From Eledone cirrhosa (Eukaryota): a DNA stretch of 64,000 nucleotides. The notes below the pieces were generated by a model. The model ran no database searches. It was not told the DNA's origin and saw only the letters and a program-made list of their open reading frames with translations. The DNA lies in the NCBI GenBank assembly GCA_964016885.1, contig OZ024756.1, positions 27,218,001 through 27,282,000 of the forward strand. The letters are read 5' to 3'. Both the position numbers and the translations under genes were made by a program. This document shows, in pieces, positions 61,220 to 64,000 of the stretch (within the stretch, counting starts at the first letter, position 1; the number at the start of each line of letters is the position of its first letter).

Positions 61220-61612
61220 TTATTAATACTAATGGTTTTTTTCCTTTCCTCATATATGTGTAATATTAATTGATTAAAATGTTTTAGTAAGGTCAAGGTC
61301 ACTTCATTAAATGTACTATCTCCCATTTTAGTTAATGTTACTTATACAAAAGTATCCGTGGAAATCTTTTCTTGTCCTTATTTCTATTTTCTTGCCTTGC
61401 TGGCGAAGTCTAATAAGACCGGAATATACTCGGAATTCTCCCTGATCTTCTCAAAGATCAAACTCAGTCTCCAATGTTTACTCCCATTCAATTCCAATAT
61501 CAAGCGATTTTCTTTTTAAATTTGACAATAATTATCATTAACACCAAAAACTCTTTTCCTCATTAGGTTGTGTTAAGGACAAGACAACCTCATTAGTATC
61601 GGTGATCTACAC

Positions 61613-61770
61613 CAGAGGTCGCCAATCAGTGATCCGCGAGAAAATGTTGGTGGTTCGCAGAAAAATTTCAATGTACTTATCTTTTTTTTTTAAATTCATT
61701 ATTAGTGGTCCACGGGATAAAAAATTATGAATTTAGTGGTCCGTGGAGTCCGAAAGTTTGGAGACCGCTG
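61613..61770. mobile_element. hAT (Charlie-like) MITE
   Basis: Perfect 8-bp TSD atctacac; termini CAGAGGTCGCCAA / TTGGAGACCGCTG. Confidence 0.85.
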
Positions 61771-62611
61771 ATCTACACGATAAACACACCCAGTATATCT
61801 TGTAAAGTGATTGGTGATAGGAAGGACGTCACGTCTTAGAAAAGCTGTCAAAGAAAGGGCCAGGAGGGCTTTTCAACTATGGCATGATTACCTCCCTAGT
61901 TTTGGTACTACGATAAAACACACTCGGTAAAATCCGGGAACGGAACGAATGTAAGCGAGTTGTAGGCTTGTAGCTCTGTGAGAGTACTAACTGTAGACGT
62001 TCGTGCATCTTCAATAAGGTTGAAGCAAGTCCCGCAGGTAAAAATACACACACACATGTACACCAGGTCCGAACACAGGGGAGCCGGACTCACAATGTCT
62101 CTCTCTCCCCTTCTCCATCTCACACTGTTATGAGCAAATGGGGTTCCACGCGCTGGCCGCCCCACGGTCCCTGTGGACAGAATAGAGAAGGCGTTTCCTC
62201 GGAGGATGGTAAGGGATATGTGCTGGAAGAGCTATTCCAACTCCGCGAGTGTATTGAGTGTCTCTGAACACCCATTTACTCTTTCTAGCCGTTGTAAAAT
62301 AAGAATGACGATGATGATAACTAAGTTTAATTAACATTTTTAATTAAACATTTTGATTTAAAACAAAATATATTTTTGGGGGCTCTTTACATGAAGTATG
62401 CTAGATAGCACTTAAGTATATGTTTGTAAGTATTAATTAGAAGAAGCGAAGACAACAGGACATTGTTAAGTACAATCTGTCATCACAGCTGTTAACAATC
62501 GAAATAAAAATAGCTATCAATATATCTTTTATTGTTGTCAGTTTGTAAAGAAAACATATATTTCAAGACGTTTATCAACAATTTAACACAACTCGTGCGG
62601 TTTGCTATGTA

Positions 62612-62706
<95 letters not shown>

Positions 62707-62707
62707 A

Positions 62708-62746
<39 letters not shown>

Positions 62747-62918
62747 CTCCGCCCACATATATATATATATATATAGGAAAATGTATGACCCCGACGGCAG
62801 AGATCAAGCCGTTTCGACGACTTGAGCTCTGCCGCCGGGGTCATACATTTTCCTATTACCCACTCTACTACCCTAAGTATTGAGTACTCTGGTGCGTTAT
62901 GGTCCATCTCTCCTTCGT

Positions 62919-62954
<36 letters not shown>

Positions 62955-63321
62955 AGAGAGTGTGTGTGTGTACACTCACACACACACACACACTCTCTCT
63001 CGTATATATATATATATTGAGATAGAGAGAGGGGGAGAGAAATTGTTACATCTACATACCTTATTAAATTAAATCTTATATCGTATAACTTGAGATTTTT
63101 TAATATATTGAAATAATTGAATGTCCTTAGAGTAGCTAATTAAACCTACTCAAACATACTAAAATTTTAATCTTCTTCATTTGTAACTAATTAAAACTAT
63201 GTTTTACCTCTTACTGGGGTATAGATAAATTTGATTAATTTTGCATTACAGGAAGATAAAGAATATTTACATCCGGGCTTTTCACCGAAGTGACTGTCCA
63301 GTGAATCAGTAACGATGCAGA

Positions 63322-63362
<41 letters not shown>

Positions 63363-63363
<1 letters not shown>

Positions 63364-63981
63364 ACTGTTTCTACTTTAGGCACAAGGCCAGCAATTATCC
63401 AGTGCATTACTGGTACTTTATTTTATCGACCCCCGTAAGGATGAAAGGCAAAGTCAACCTCGGCGGGATTTGAACTCAGATCGTAAAGGGACGTAACTAT
63501 GCTGGAAAGCATGGCGTCCGACCCTCTACCGATACTGCCAATCCACCGCCCTATATATATATAACGAAGGAAATGTGGTAAGGAACCAGGTGAACCATAA
63601 CGCACCAAAGTACTCAATACTTAGGGTAGTAGAGTTGGTAATAGGAACGAGTAGGACCCCGACGGCTGAGCTCAAGCCGTTTCGACGAGCTAATTCTGGA
63701 CTTAAATCATTTTAGTCCAGAATTAGCCGTCGAAACGGCTTGAGCTCAGCCGTCGGGGGTCCTACTCGTTCCTATATATATATATATATATATATATAAT
63801 TGTTTCTACTTTTGGCACAAGGCCAGCAATTACCCAGTACATTACTGGTACTTTATTTTATCGACCCTGTAAGGATGAAAGGCAAAGTTAACCTCAGTGA
63901 AACCAAAGTGAACTCAGGCTGTAAAGGGACATAACTCTATGCTGGAAAGCATGGTGTCTGACGCTCTACCGATACTGCCAA
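63363..63981 (-). mobile_element. Two S1 SINEs flanking a family F fold-back cassette
   Basis: S1 at 63363-63552 and 63797-63981; cassette at 63562-63775. Confidence 0.8.
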
Positions 63982-64000
63982 ATAGACACATATACATATA

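Noticed and set aside
63252-63308. Small exon candidate after ttgcattacag (also 49363-49448)
   Set aside because: Weak donors, short or stop-containing frames, no recognisable peptide

Overview
AT-rich eukaryotic, repeat-dominated DNA. The SINE and MITE complement suggests an octopod cephalopod (inference). No confidently identifiable protein-coding gene: nearly all listed ORFs are translations of (TA)n, (CA)n or trinucleotide microsatellites. Recognisable content: many tRNA-derived SINEs (several with clear target-site duplications), 3' fragments of RTE and L1/Tx1-like LINEs, a nested mariner remnant, hAT, piggyBac-like, Tc1/mariner and Helitron-like MITEs, and minisatellites. The main unexplained signal is a set of short non-coding cassettes, mostly sitting in (TA)n arrays. 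They carry about 20 near-intact type I hammerhead ribozyme motifs from at least 8 sequence families, with stem covariation between copies. Three otherwise dissimilar families use the compensated U3:A8 core (UUGANAA), and two of these share an unusual long, bulged stem II. Many cassettes are fold-backs with fixed short and long arm ends that turn at or near the ribozyme. The best interpretation is non-autonomous Penelope-like/retrozyme-type elements associated with (TA)n. All structures were folded by eye and no activity was tested.
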